From the IMG/VR virus record IMGVR_UViG_3300033067_000194, positions 1-44,320 of that record: a stretch of 44,320 nucleotides of DNA, one strand, 5' to 3'. Position numbers and translations under genes: made by a program. Below the pieces are notes generated by a model. That model did no database searches. It was not told where the DNA came from and was given only the letters and a program-made list of their open reading frames with translations. This DNA is from a virus (Duplodnaviria; Caudoviricetes). Shown here one piece after another: positions 18,543-30,900 of the stretch. The first letter of the stretch is position 1. Each line of letters opens with the position of its first letter.

Positions 18543-18549
18543 TAATACT

Positions 18550-20118
18550 ATGCCACGCTTATCATTATATCGCCCGCAAAAAGGCTCAGATTACAAGTTT
18601 ATAGATCGCACAGTCTACGAGATGTTTCAAGTAGGCGGTGTAGACGTCTTTGTACACAAGTACATTGGCCCGCAAGACCCTACAGATCCCAACAAAGCCA
18701 TGGGCGAAACCACTATACAAGACGTTCTGTTTTTAGAAAATCGCGATAGAAAATATGATGCAGATGTTTACAATTTGCGTGGTGTTTATAATGTGCAAGA
18801 CACAGATTTTAACCTAAGTCAGTTTGGACTATTTTTGCAGAATGATACTGTGTTTTTAACTGTACATATCAACAATAGTGTAGACATTATCGGGCGTAAA
18901 ATTATGAGCGGTGATGTTATAGAGTTGCCTAACTTAAAAGACGAGTATGCGCTCAATGACTTTAAAAGTGCTCTAAAAAGATACTATGTAGTGGATGATG
19001 TTAATCGTGCCGCAGAAGGATTTTCAGCAACTTGGTACCCGCACTTATACAGACTTAAACTAAAGCCTATTGTCGACAGTCAAGAATTTAAAGATATTTT
19101 AACCCGTCCAGAAGACGAGGAAAACTTTGCTGGAGACTTTGATACTACTAGAACTTACTATCCTGGTGAAGTTGTTAGATACAACGGAACATTGTATGTT
19201 GTAAAAGAAAGCGTTGGTCCTGAAGGTACTCAATTAGTTCCTCCAAATCCAGTTGCCTGGGAAACTTATGTTGATACTACTGTTCGTGATCTAATGAGTA
19301 CTTACGAAAAGGAGATGCAACTCAATGCTGGTATTATTGCCGAAGCAGAAAACGATGCGGCAAAAAGTGGTTACGAAACAAGTCATTTTTATACACTAGC
19401 GGTAGATCCTACAACCGGAAAACCTGCTGTTAACACTGTTGATGTTAGTGAAAATATTGCATCTTCCTTAGATGTATCTGATGTTAGTCAGCCTCCTATC
19501 AGAGATGGGTATAAAGGTTATTTGTTAGAAGATGGCATTGCTCCCAACGGACCACTGTCCGGAACAACTAGTCAATTTGGATTTGGCATTCAATTTCCAA
19601 GAGGACCAGTTGTCGGAGATATGTTCTTACGCACTGACTACTTACCTAATAGAATGTTCCGCTGGGACGGCACACGCTGGGTAAAACAAGAAGACAATGT
19701 ACGCATGACTCTAACAAATACAGATACAAGACAAACACAAAAAACCAGTTTCATCAACAATACAGAAAAATCAAACATTGGAAGAATTGCTGGAGATGTT
19801 ATCTTAGTAGACTTGCTAGGAAATCCTGTGTTTACTGCTGGAGAACACACAGTTGATTTCCAATTATTGCCAGTAGGTGCGTATATAATTACTGATGTTG
19901 ATTATATCGCTGACATGGGTGTAGAAGTTTGGCTAGATGAAGAAAGCCGTGCTACATCAATAACTGTGCAAAATCAAACAGGTAAGTTAGCATTTACTAT
20001 TAACAATGAAATTCGTGACGGTACAAAATTACGTTGGACTGCCTACGATACAGTTATCGAACAACGTCAAAGTCTCAGCAAGGCTTTGCGTAAATTTAAA
20101 CCTGAGGCGGACGTATAA
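18550..20118 (+). CDS. neck protein, T4 gp14-like, extended (start at ATG 18550 preferred over TTG 18520)
   Basis: LSQFGLFLQND...GDVIELP...YYVVDDV...HLYRLKLKP pattern resembles gp14; position directly before the gp15-like gene; CBM-like insert. Confidence 0.6.
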   Translation: MPRLSLYRPQKGSDYKFIDRTVYEMFQVGGVDVFVHKYIGPQDPTDPNKAMGETTIQDVLFLENRDRKYDADVYNLRGVYNVQDTDFNLSQFGLFLQNDTVFLTVHINNSVDIIGRKIMSGDVIELPNLKDEYALNDFKSALKRYYVVDDVNRAAEGFSATWYPHLYRLKLKPIVDSQEFKDILTRPEDEENFAGDFDTTRTYYPGEVVRYNGTLYVVKESVGPEGTQLVPPNPVAWETYVDTTVRDLMSTYEKEMQLNAGIIAEAENDAAKSGYETSHFYTLAVDPTTGKPAVNTVDVSENIASSLDVSDVSQPPIRDGYKGYLLEDGIAPNGPLSGTTSQFGFGIQFPRGPVVGDMFLRTDYLPNRMFRWDGTRWVKQEDNVRMTLTNTDTRQTQKTSFINNTEKSNIGRIAGDVILVDLLGNPVFTAGEHTVDFQLLPVGAYIITDVDYIADMGVEVWLDEESRATSITVQNQTGKLAFTINNEIRDGTKLRWTAYDTVIEQRQSLSKALRKFKPEADV

Positions 20119-21470
20119 TGCAATGGTTCTATGATGGACAAATTAGACGCTATGTAGGACAAATTGTCCGCGCAATGAGCGGTTTTAAATATCAAGGTGC
20201 AGACGGCAAGCAAGTAACTGTACCAGTAACTTATGGTGATTTAACTCGACAAGTAGGCAATATTATTCGAGATAACAGCGAAAATAAAATACCTAGTGCT
20301 CCGAGAATTGCAGTTTACATTGCAGATTTGCAATTAGATAGAACACGTCTTGCTGATGCTACTCACGTTAGTAAAGTGCATATTAGAGAACGACAAAAAG
20401 TTTTAGATCAAGCAGGCAATGTAGTTGATTACGAACCAGTACAAGGTAACGGATATACTGTAGAACGTCTAATGCCTACACCTTACAAATTAACTGTTAA
20501 GGTTGATATTTGGTCAACAAACACAGATCAAAAACTACAAATCATGGAACAGATTTTAATGCTGTTCAACCCAAGTTTAGAACTACAAACTACAGACAAC
20601 TATGTAGACTGGACTAGTCTTAGTGTCCTAGAATTGGGCAATATTAACTTTAGCAGCCGTCAAATTCCGCAAGGCATTGACAGCGACATTGACATTGCTA
20701 CATTGACGTTAGAAACTCCTATCTATATTAGTCCTCCTAGCAAAGTTAAACGCCTTGGCGTTATCCACGATATCATCATGAATATTCATGATGAAAGTTA
20801 CAGTTTAGACGTTACAGAAAAAGTCAACATTAGTGGCTTTGATGTGTTTGTCTATTACAATACTAGCACTGGTCAATATTTTGCAGAACTATTAGACGCT
20901 AAAGATATTGTACAAGCACTAAGCGACGATGCTGTTGCGGCTTGGAAAAAGATTGGCGGAGACCTAAACTGGAGAATTTTACTGGATCAGTATGCTGGAA
21001 AATTCCGTGCAGGTTCTAGTCAAATCTTCCTAAAACAACCAAACGACAACGAAATTGTCGGCACTATTGCTCTTAATCCATTAGACGAAACTAAACTAGT
21101 AATCAATTTTGACCAAGATACTTACAATACAAACACACTTATTGATGGCATTGTAACTCGCGGCAACGTTGATGCTATCATAAATCCAGAAACATACAAC
21201 CCTGGAACACCTGTAGGCAATCCTAGATACTTGTTACTAAACGATATTGCTAACGGTGCAAGTGCTTGGAATAATTTTACAGCCAAGGCAAATGATATTG
21301 TTGAGTGGAATGGCACACAGTGGACTATTGTGTTAGATTCTGCAACAATAGATCAAGTTGTTTATATTACAAACCTTCGCACTGGTGTTCAATATAAATT
21401 TGAAGATGGCGAGTGGATTCGTGCATTTGAAGGCGAATATCAGAAAGGATCCTGGCGTATTGTACTCTAA
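20118..21470 (+). CDS. tail terminator / sheath stabiliser, T4 gp15-like, with C-terminal extension
   Basis: WFYDGQIRRY, VPVTYG, PRIAV, D.TR, MPTPYKL, QIMEQILMLFNP are gp15 hallmark motifs; TAATG coupling to the upstream gene. Confidence 0.78.
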   Translation: MQWFYDGQIRRYVGQIVRAMSGFKYQGADGKQVTVPVTYGDLTRQVGNIIRDNSENKIPSAPRIAVYIADLQLDRTRLADATHVSKVHIRERQKVLDQAGNVVDYEPVQGNGYTVERLMPTPYKLTVKVDIWSTNTDQKLQIMEQILMLFNPSLELQTTDNYVDWTSLSVLELGNINFSSRQIPQGIDSDIDIATLTLETPIYISPPSKVKRLGVIHDIIMNIHDESYSLDVTEKVNISGFDVFVYYNTSTGQYFAELLDAKDIVQALSDDAVAAWKKIGGDLNWRILLDQYAGKFRAGSSQIFLKQPNDNEIVGTIALNPLDETKLVINFDQDTYNTNTLIDGIVTRGNVDAIINPETYNPGTPVGNPRYLLLNDIANGASAWNNFTAKANDIVEWNGTQWTIVLDSATIDQVVYITNLRTGVQYKFEDGEWIRAFEGEYQKGSWRIVL

Positions 21471-21471
21471 C

Positions 21472-21477
21472 TAAGTA
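21472..21477 (+). promoter_or_regulatory. late promoter variant TAAGTA, 5 nt before Nudix ATG
   Basis: CTAAGTA-CATGC-ATG; no SD. Confidence 0.5.
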
Positions 21478-21482
21478 CATGC

Positions 21483-21917
21483 ATGAAGGATCAGATTGTT
21501 TGTAGCGGCGCAATTTTTTACGCTAAGTCTTCTAAAAGAATTCTACTTCTACAAAAAGCCACTGGTAAACATACCGGTACATGGGGACTTGTAGGCGGAA
21601 CTAACATAGAAGGCGAAACTGCATGGCAAGGACTTCAACGTGAAATAGTTGAAGAAATTGGACAAATGCCTGCTATTATCAAAACTATCCCTCTAGAAAC
21701 CTTTGTTAGTAACGATAGTGTGTTTAACTTTCACACTTACTTGTGTGTAATTGACAGTGAGTTTGTCCCTCAACTGAGCAAAGAGCACCAAGGCTGGGCA
21801 TGGTGTACTATAGACGGTGCACCAAAGCCTTTGCATCAAGGGCTTAGGTCAAGTTTTTCAAACAAGACTATAAGAACTAAGTTGCAGACAGTATTTGATA
21901 TTGTTGAGTTGATATAA
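21483..21917 (+). CDS. Nudix hydrolase
   Basis: Nudix box GGTNIEGETAWQGLQREIVEEIG; SKEH..WAW. Confidence 0.92.
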   Translation: MKDQIVCSGAIFYAKSSKRILLLQKATGKHTGTWGLVGGTNIEGETAWQGLQREIVEEIGQMPAIIKTIPLETFVSNDSVFNFHTYLCVIDSEFVPQLSKEHQGWAWCTIDGAPKPLHQGLRSSFSNKTIRTKLQTVFDIVELI

Positions 21918-21942
21918 AAAATGCCCCTTTCGGGGCATTTTT
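21917..21942. terminator. bidirectional intrinsic terminator between convergent genes
   Basis: aaaaatgcccc-tttc-ggggcattttt (GAAA tetraloop on the minus strand). Confidence 0.88.
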
Positions 21943-21945
21943 GTT

Positions 21946-24900
21946 TTACATACGTCCTACCACTACTTCAATAACTCCGCTTTCGCCATCAAAGTCTTCC
22001 AACGCTTTACCAATTACTTGGCCTAGTTTTGGATCTTCTTCTGCGCGAGCGTAGCCATTGCCTGCGGCAACTAGCATGTCACCCTTACGGATCTTACCAG
22101 TTACCTTACATGGTACACGACCTTGTAGAGCAATTGCCGCTACAGTTTCACCTTGTAGACCTTCGTTCATCAAGTGTGCTGGGTTTGTAGAAACAACACC
22201 TGCTACACGGCGTGTACCGTCTGTAGCCAATGTAACTTCTGCATCACCACCAAACATAACAACAGTACCTGCCTCGTACTTGACATCACCTAAATAGTTT
22301 TCTGCCAAGTCAGCGTAACGTGCTGTTGTTGCTGTACCACGGAACAAGTTAGCATAAATGTCTGAACTTGCATCACGCAGTGCAACTGTGTTTGCAGAAC
22401 TTGCTGTACTACCAGCATAGTCTGTTGCACTTACACGGATGTTAGTTGCGGCACTTGCAAGACCACTTAGACTTGCAGTGATTGTACCTGCACTAAAATT
22501 ACCGCTTGCATCACGTGCAACAACTGTGCTACCAGTGTTAGCGTTAGTTGCGTTAACTGCTAGAGTACTTGCGGCACTACCATTATAAGTTGTACCAACA
22601 CTCCATGTTAGGAATGAACCTGCTGTTAAACTAAACAAGTTGCTACCTAGGCTTACACCACTAATTGTGCTGTTAGCCAACTTAGCGTTAGCAATACTTC
22701 CTGCCAACATTGTGTTGGTTACAGATCCAGTGTCGCCTGTTGTAACGATTGTACCACTTACGTTTGGAACTGACAATGTACGTGTAACACCTGCGGTCAC
22801 AGCACTAACGTCAAATGCCATCTTCTTAGTGTTATCAACGTCGTCTTGGAACAATGTTGAACTGTCAGTAAATGTCTTGTTAGTTAGAGTCTGTGTACCA
22901 GTTGTTGTTACAACACCGCTAGTGATACTGATTGTACGACCAGCACTACCGTTAAATGTTGTACCACTATCAAACTGTAGACCTGTACCAACTGTTAGGT
23001 TGTTTGCAAGGTTAGCAGTTACAGTTACAGTATCGCCTAGACTTACTACAGTACCGTTTAGAGTAATACTGCTGTTGGCTAGTTTGTTGTTTGGAATACT
23101 TCCAGCCAACATGTTGTTAGAAACTGTACCAGTATCGTTAGTACCAATTAGTGTACCACTTGTTGGTAGTGTAACGTTTGTAGTATTACTTACTGTAATG
23201 GTTGTGTTAAAAGCACCAGCAGTTGTTAGGTTACCACCTAGTGTAATTGTCTTACCTGTGTTAGCAACACCTGTACCACCAAACTGTCCAGAAATAACGT
23301 TAGCATTCCATGTACCGCTTGTTAGTGTACCAACACTAGTCAAACTAGAACTTAGAACACCTGTTCCTAGGCCTGTTGCTGTTAGAACGTTGGTGTTATT
23401 AATCTTATATGTCTTACCTGTTGGTATATTAACGTGTTCGCTTAGTGTCCAGTTGGTGTTTGTTACATCCCACAAGATTGTCTTGTCGGTTGTACCTTTT
23501 AGAATAATACCACCACCGTCTGCTACAGCGTTTGTAGGTGTTGCACGTTGAGCCAATTGAATTGCATTATCTGCAACAGTTACACTTGTTGCGCTCAATG
23601 TAGCATTTGTACCGCTAACAGTTAAGTCACCGTTAACTGTTAGGTTGTTTCTAACAGTTGTTGTACCTAACGCATTAGCACCGATTGTAACGGCTGTACC
23701 AGCACCTGCAAAGTTTACAGTTGTAGCATTTGCATTTACTAGGTTAAATGTTGTAGCAGTTGTAGTAATGTCACCACCGTTGACAGCAATGTCGCCACTG
23801 CTGGTCATATCTGTAGTAACGTTAATACCACCTGCCGCTGCCGCGCCTAGTGTTAGGCTACCAGCACTGTTCAATGTAATGCTACTGTTTGTACCAGTTG
23901 GGCTAAAGTTAATAGTCTGCTGGTTTTGTGTAGCACTTAGGTTACCAACTAGAGTTGTTTGAATACCTAGTGTACCAAGTGTTGTTACACCTGCTGGCTG
24001 AATACTTACAGTACCAGTTCCGCCTGGGCTTAGTGTAATAACAGCGTCGTCACCAGTAATACTTAGAGAACTGTTAAAGTTAATAGCACCACTAACAGTT
24101 AAGTTGCCGCCAACAAACAAGTTACGTGTGATACCTGCACCACCTTGAACTTGTAGTGAACCGCTTGTTGTGTTTGTACTGTTAACATCACTGTTAAACA
24201 CACCGTTACCAGCAGTTACACCGCCTTGTAAGTTCAAGTTAGCAGTCCAACTTGGGACAACACCGTTAGAACTTAGAACGGTACTGATACCACCAATTGG
24301 TAACTGTGTTAGAGAGCCGCCAGCGCCAGCATACAACATATCACCTTCTAGGTATGTTGTTAGACCTGTACCACCTTTTAGAACTGGTACAGCCTTGCTG
24401 AAGTTGTCTGGGTTAGTGTAGTATGTACCAGGTTGACCGCCTAGGAAACCTGCGTCAACCACACCTGGTTTAATACTTACGTTACCAGTGTCAGATGGAA
24501 TGTTAGTTGGCTTACCGACTGCAAACTGTGTCTTGTCAAATGCCGCAACACCGTAGTTTGTAAAGTTAGGTGTACCACCATCGCCGTCTACTTTATCGAC
24601 GTCTAATACAGGAATGTTGTAGTAAATTGTATTACCACCGTCGCTGTAACTATCGCCGCTTAGACTAATAGCACTGTTAGCAATCTTACGGATACCTTGT
24701 ACTGCTAGAGCCCAAGTACTGTCACCACGTAGGAATGTTTGTGTGTTAGCAGTGCCTGCACTGGCTAGTCGACTTGTAGCAAGAACACCTGAAACAATGT
24801 TACTTGCATCAAGACTGCTTACGCTTACAGTACCCCAGTTGGCTGCTGTTCTGCTACTGTCGTTAATTGCCGCACTGAACGCAACGTTTTGTACAGTAAA

Positions 24901-27900
24901 TGTAGCACTGCCAGAACCAACATCAGTTACAGTAACTTTAGAAAGAGTTGCACCTCCAACACTTGCTAGAGCATTTGCTCTACTTGCGTGTAGAGTAAAT
25001 GTGTTTGTACTTACGCTACCAACGAAGTAGTAGGAGTTTGCTGTTAGGCCTGCTGGTAAATCAGCACCTTCAATGTAAACTGGATCGCCTGCTGTAAAGC
25101 CGTGTGCGGCTTTGTAGAAGAAACTTAAACTTGTAGTACCAATACTTACAGTGTTACGTGTTAGAGTATGTGTACCAGTTGAAGTTGATGTTAATAACAC
25201 TTGGTCTGATGGACCAAGTGCATAGTTGTTGTACAATTCGACAGTGTTAGAGTCGATAACTTTAACAAAGTAACCTCTGTTATTTGTCAAACCACCAACA
25301 CTTACGTTTGCTTGGTTGCTGTAAATTAATACATCACTGTTTGTTAAGCCGTGACCTGTTAGGGTAATGCGACTTGTAGTAGTATTAACGTTTGCGTTAG
25401 CATCGAAACTAAATGTTGAGAATGCGGCAAGGTTAGCAATAGATACTACAGGAGCATTGTTGTCTTCAAAAAAGTCGTTTGCAGCCGCTGTAGCATTAAA
25501 CTTAGTCTTGCTACCAATTAAATCAACATACAAGCGTGTGTCGGCACGGCTAGCAGTAATTTGGAATCCGCTACCTGAGCCTCCAATATTACTTGCACTT
25601 GCACTTAATACATTGCCTGCGGCATAACCGCTACCACCGGAAATAATTGTAACGTCAGTTACAGCACCGTTAGTAACAGTAATATCGGCTGTAGCACCTG
25701 TACCACTTCCGCTAACGTTTGTTAGAGGAACATCAGTGTATGTTACGCTACCACTTCCTGGTGTGTATAAACTACCACCAATTAATGTACCTAAGTTCAA
25801 TTGATACAGAACACCTTCGCGATATTCTGTAATTTCACCTTGTGCAAGACCTTGAGCACTGGTAATTGTATTACCAACTGTAAAGTCATAACCTGGACCA
25901 TCTAGGATCAAGAACTGACTGCTTGTGTCGTTGCTTAAGAAATAGTTGTCAACAATTTCTGTAACTGCTGTTAATCCACTTGGATATACGCCGGTTACTT
26001 CAACGCTATTCTTACGAATTGTTTGAGCGGCATTGTCTTCTGTAAATGTGCCAGTTACGCCGTATAGTGTTACACTTGTTGCACCACTTACTGCTTCTTT
26101 AACATAACCACTACCAGTTGTACCAGTTTGTGTAATCAAGTCTCCCTTAGCGGCAGTTAGTGTACCACCTGTTAAGGTTAGAGTTTGTTGCTGATATGTT
26201 TCACTAGCGTTGTCGCCGTTTAAAACTTCAACAGTAGGAATCTGCTCGCTTAGTAGTAATCTTCCACCAAACTCATTTGTAGCATAAGTTGTTACACCAC
26301 GTAGTGGAGGAATCAAGTCAGCGTTAATCTGTCCTGAACTGTTCAACTGAACTAGAGCACCAGCAACAGCGTTAGTAGAAACGTTCTTATCGAGTACGTT
26401 ACCTAGTCTGTTGTTAATAAAACTACGGATAGCCTTTTGTGTAGCAAGACGTGTATCGCTTGCGCCGCCAATTTCGTTATCACCTAGACCGGTGTCGTTA
26501 CTGATAGCACTAATTTCAATACTTGATAGACTTAGACGTAGAACGTTCAACTGTCCAACAGTAACTTCTGTACGGAATGTAATCTTACCAGTGTTGTTCT
26601 CAGCCTTAATAAAGTCACCAACTAAGAAGTCACCGAGTTCGTTAGTACCTGAAGTATAAACACGACCTGGCAATTCTGTGTACTGCTGATAAGCAATAAT
26701 TGTCTGACCGCCGTTTTCTGGTAGAGCGTTATAGTCTGTACCAGAACCTGCGTATTCCCAAGTATGTGAAGAACTGTTCAAAATACTTGGACGGTGGAAG
26801 TTACACTTAAATCCGATTGTACCACTTGGGTTCTGAATCTGACTTGCTGTACGTGTTGAGTTAGTCTTAAATGTTGCTGTGTACAGATCAGTTCTGTCTT
26901 CAGCAGACACAATTGGAATAGCAGTGTATGGGCTTGGTGCTGTCTGATCGCTTGCGATTGTAGACAATGCTGTGAACTTAACACGTTGCTGTTCTTCGCC
27001 AATTGTTGTTAATTCGTTAGAAATAACAAGTTCTCTAGTTGTGTTATTCCAACTTAGAACATAGGCGTTGTTTGTAAATGCGCCTGTTGTACCAGTAATA
27101 GCACTACCAATAGCAAACACATAGTTTGGCCCTGGTGGTAGTGTCAATGTTTGATAAACGTTGTGGCTTGTTTCAATTGTTTCGACAAAGAATTCTTCAA
27201 CGTTTTTAGCAATACGTTGTGTACCAACTCCGCCTGTTTGAATATCTGCAATATAAGCAAGACCGTTATCGTTAAACAACTGAATTGTATTGGCACTAAC
27301 AACCTTAACAAAATAGATACCGTTGTCAATTAGACCAAGAATTGGAGCATTGCCGCTTACGTTAATGTCTGCATAGTAATAAACACTATCACCGTTTAAT
27401 AATCCATGATCTGGAATTGTAATAATGTTTGTTAGTGGGTTCAATGCTCCACCTACAGCAAATTCTATAGGTAATGCACCTGCTACAATAGCACCATTAC
27501 TAGAAATATCAATTTCGTTAGCACCAGCGCGAACTGCGGTTACTGTTGTTACACTACCTAATGTGCCATCGCCGCCTGTCTTAGTTAGATACTTGCCAGT
27601 TACAATGCCTGTAGTGTTAACACCAGTTAGTGTTGCTGTGTAAGGACCACTGCCTGCAATGTTAGTAATAGTTCCAGTGCGGCCGCTAACTGCGTTAAAG
27701 GCTGCAGAGTCAAAAGATAATTCAGTACTTGCAACTTTGAAGTTACTTGTTACGTCTGCATCAGTTGAAGCATTTCTAAATTTTAGAACATACTGTGGAA
27801 CTGGAACACGTTCTGTACCTAGTGTTGTCAGTGTAATACGTCCACCACTTGTACCAGTGCTTGCTACATAGCCCTTGTCAAACGAGAATGCTCTTGGACT

Positions 27901-30900
27901 GAAACCACTTGAACGTAGCGCATACAGACCAAAGTTTGTAGCAGAGTTAGTAATAGATAGGTAACCACCTGACTGACAGTAAGAACCGTTCAAACAGAAG
28001 ATCTGGAAACATGAAACGATCTGAGCGTAACCATCGTTACTTACAAGCCAACCAGTACCACCGAAAGAAACCATAGTAAATGCGTTAGCAACCATAGACT
28101 TACCTTGTGGAGGTGTTTCACCTTCTACTGGATTTTCTTGTTCGATTTCAAATCCTGGAGGGCTAATGTTAGGATCGCGAATCTTATTACCGTCAACCCA
28201 AATACCGTTACCACCTAAGAACGAAATAATAGAACAGTTCTGAATATACGGTGATAAACTAATTTGAGGTTTAGTTCTACGTAGACCAAAGTAACCAGAA
28301 CGGTCAACACTGTCGTCGCTTGGATCGTCAAAGGCCACGCACCAGTTAAATGTGTAGTTAGGAACTAGGTTTTCATCAAGACCGTCACGGAATGTGAAAC
28401 CAGTCATGTAAGCACCGTTACGAATACGGAACATGTCCTTACCAGCGTTTAGCGGACGAATAACCACAGAACGTAGACTGTCACCTACAACAGAAACTCT
28501 GTCTGGAATAATAATTGGGTTATCAATATAGAAGTCACCTGCGGCAACTTGAATTGTAATAGGAACTTCTTGGAAAGAGTTTGCTACTACGGTTGGTGCA
28601 GGATTTCCTTCAAAAATACTGATAATAGTATTGAATAGTGTTTCAATATCATTAACAGCGGCTGCACCACTGATACTTGGGTACTTAACTTGTGTTGGTT
28701 CTCCTCCTAGTGGTGTGAAGAACGGACTAATTGTTTGGTTCTGTACAATTTGTTTACAGATTTTCTTAGCATACTTGTTGGCTTCTGCTGTTTCGAAACG
28801 TTGATCGCTTACAACCAGAGCGGCACTTGTGTTGCCTGCTTCGTAGTAAGCAAGACCTGCTTCAACACTTCGTTCGTTACCACCAAGGATAAAGTCAAGA
28901 ATAACAGCATCAACAATCAATCCGGTATCACGTGAGCAGATTGCACTGTTATATGTAAATCCAGTAAATGTATCTGCAATGTATGTAACAACGTTGTCAA
29001 TAATTGCGGCTCTATTTGTAGTACGGAAAGCATTGTAGTTTGCTGTAATAGCACCAACAACCCAACTTGTGTCTGGATCTACTACTGCTGGCAATGTCCC
29101 GATGCCATTAACAATAACACCAGAAATAATTCCTAGCAAATCTGTTAATGTGCCGGCTTCAACTGTAGTTGCGTTACTACCGCTTGTTACTTGTGTAACA
29201 ATGTTTTGGTATGTGTCAGTAACGGTAACACCTCTAACAACTTTATCAACTAGGTATGATAGTCGGTTGATTGCTAGAGAAGTAACACTTTCTTGATTAG
29301 GAACTTGTGTATCGTAAGTACTTCCGTCTAGTGTTACCCAATATGCATCTGCGGCTGCAACTGTAGCACTGTTACCGCCGTATAGTACGTCATAGGTAAT
29401 TGCGTCAACAATGTAACCAACGTCTCGACTGCATCGTACTTCGTCATAGACAAAGTCTTGGAATGTTGTTTGTACGTAATTAATTGTTCCGTCAATAATT
29501 GTTTGACGGTCAGCAACTAATTCTAAGCGAGCATTTTGTATGCCACTGTCAGCCCATGTTAAATCTGGATTAACTGCTGTTGGTAATACACTTACTCCGT
29601 TTTCTACAACGTTAGTAATGATACCAATTAAACTTGTTGCGGCTGCTACTTCTGTAGAACTTGCCGCACCATATGTTGCAGTATCTTGGCTAGCACCGCT
29701 GTATGCTTCTAGAACAGAAATATTAACAATATTCGCTTCGTCGGCATAGTTTGCACCAAGTGCTTGGCCAATTGTTTTATCTGTAGTTAGTGTAATAGTA
29801 CCGCTATTAACTACAGTATCTGATACTTCAATTTCGATACCGTTGATATAGATAAAGTATGGTTCTGTCCCGTCTAAACTAGTAAACTTGTTTACAAAAT
29901 CAGTACCTGCATCGTTGTTTGTTTTTTCAAGAACTAATACATTTTCTGTCCAACTTGTGACAGTAAATGCATTGCTAGATCCAGATCCTTTAGTGTAAAC
30001 TACACGATTTAGACTTGGTGTTACTGTTGTTCCTAGTAATACATTATCAACAATAGTTGACAAGTATTCAAATGCTTTCTTAGTTTGGAAGATTTGATTA
30101 GGAACTTGAGTTACTGCTCCGACCCAGTATGCATTTGCGGCTGTACGAGTTGCTGTATTACCACCATACAATACATCATATGTTAACGCATCAACAATAT
30201 ATCTTGTATCTCTAGCACACTTAACACTATCGTAAGTAAATGCGTTAAAGGTAGTTGTTAGGTAACTGCTAGTATTAGTGATAATTGTTGACTTAGCAGT
30301 TGCTAGGGCGTTCGTTGCACTAACAATGTTAGCGTTTACCCAACCTAAACTTGGATATGTTGGTGTTGGTAAACCTTCAATGCTTTCTGCAGAAATTACG
30401 TCAATGACTAAACTTAGGTCGGTAGCAATACCGTTTGCTTCAACACTAGTTCCGTTACCGCCAGGTCCTGTTCCTAGTTGTGTTTCTACGTTGCCTGTAG
30501 ATTTAGTAATCTCAATACCTTGAATAATTCTTCCAAGGATGTTTGACAAATGCTTGTAAGCATAGATTGTAACTTCTTTTTGTCCGGCAGCAAGTTGACT
30601 TAGTGTACCGACATAGTATGCTTTAGCGGCTGCAACGCTGGCACTGTTACCGCCATATAATGTGTCGTATGTTAGAGCATCAACAATGTACCCAACGTCA
30701 CGAGCACACTTTCCGCTGTCATAGGTAAATCCAACAAAGTTTGTTGAAATGTAACTGCTGACTGAAGTCTTGATAGTAGAAATTGCACTTGTTACAGCAG
30801 TGTAATCATTTTGAATTGCTACACTAGTCCAAGAAACACTTGGGTATGTAATGCTTGGTAATCCGCTTACGTTTCCTGCGTTGATTACGCCAATAATTAC

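Noticed and set aside
18520-18549. TTG start for the gp14-like gene
   Set aside because: It overlaps the bidirectional promoter; ATG at 18550 fits better.
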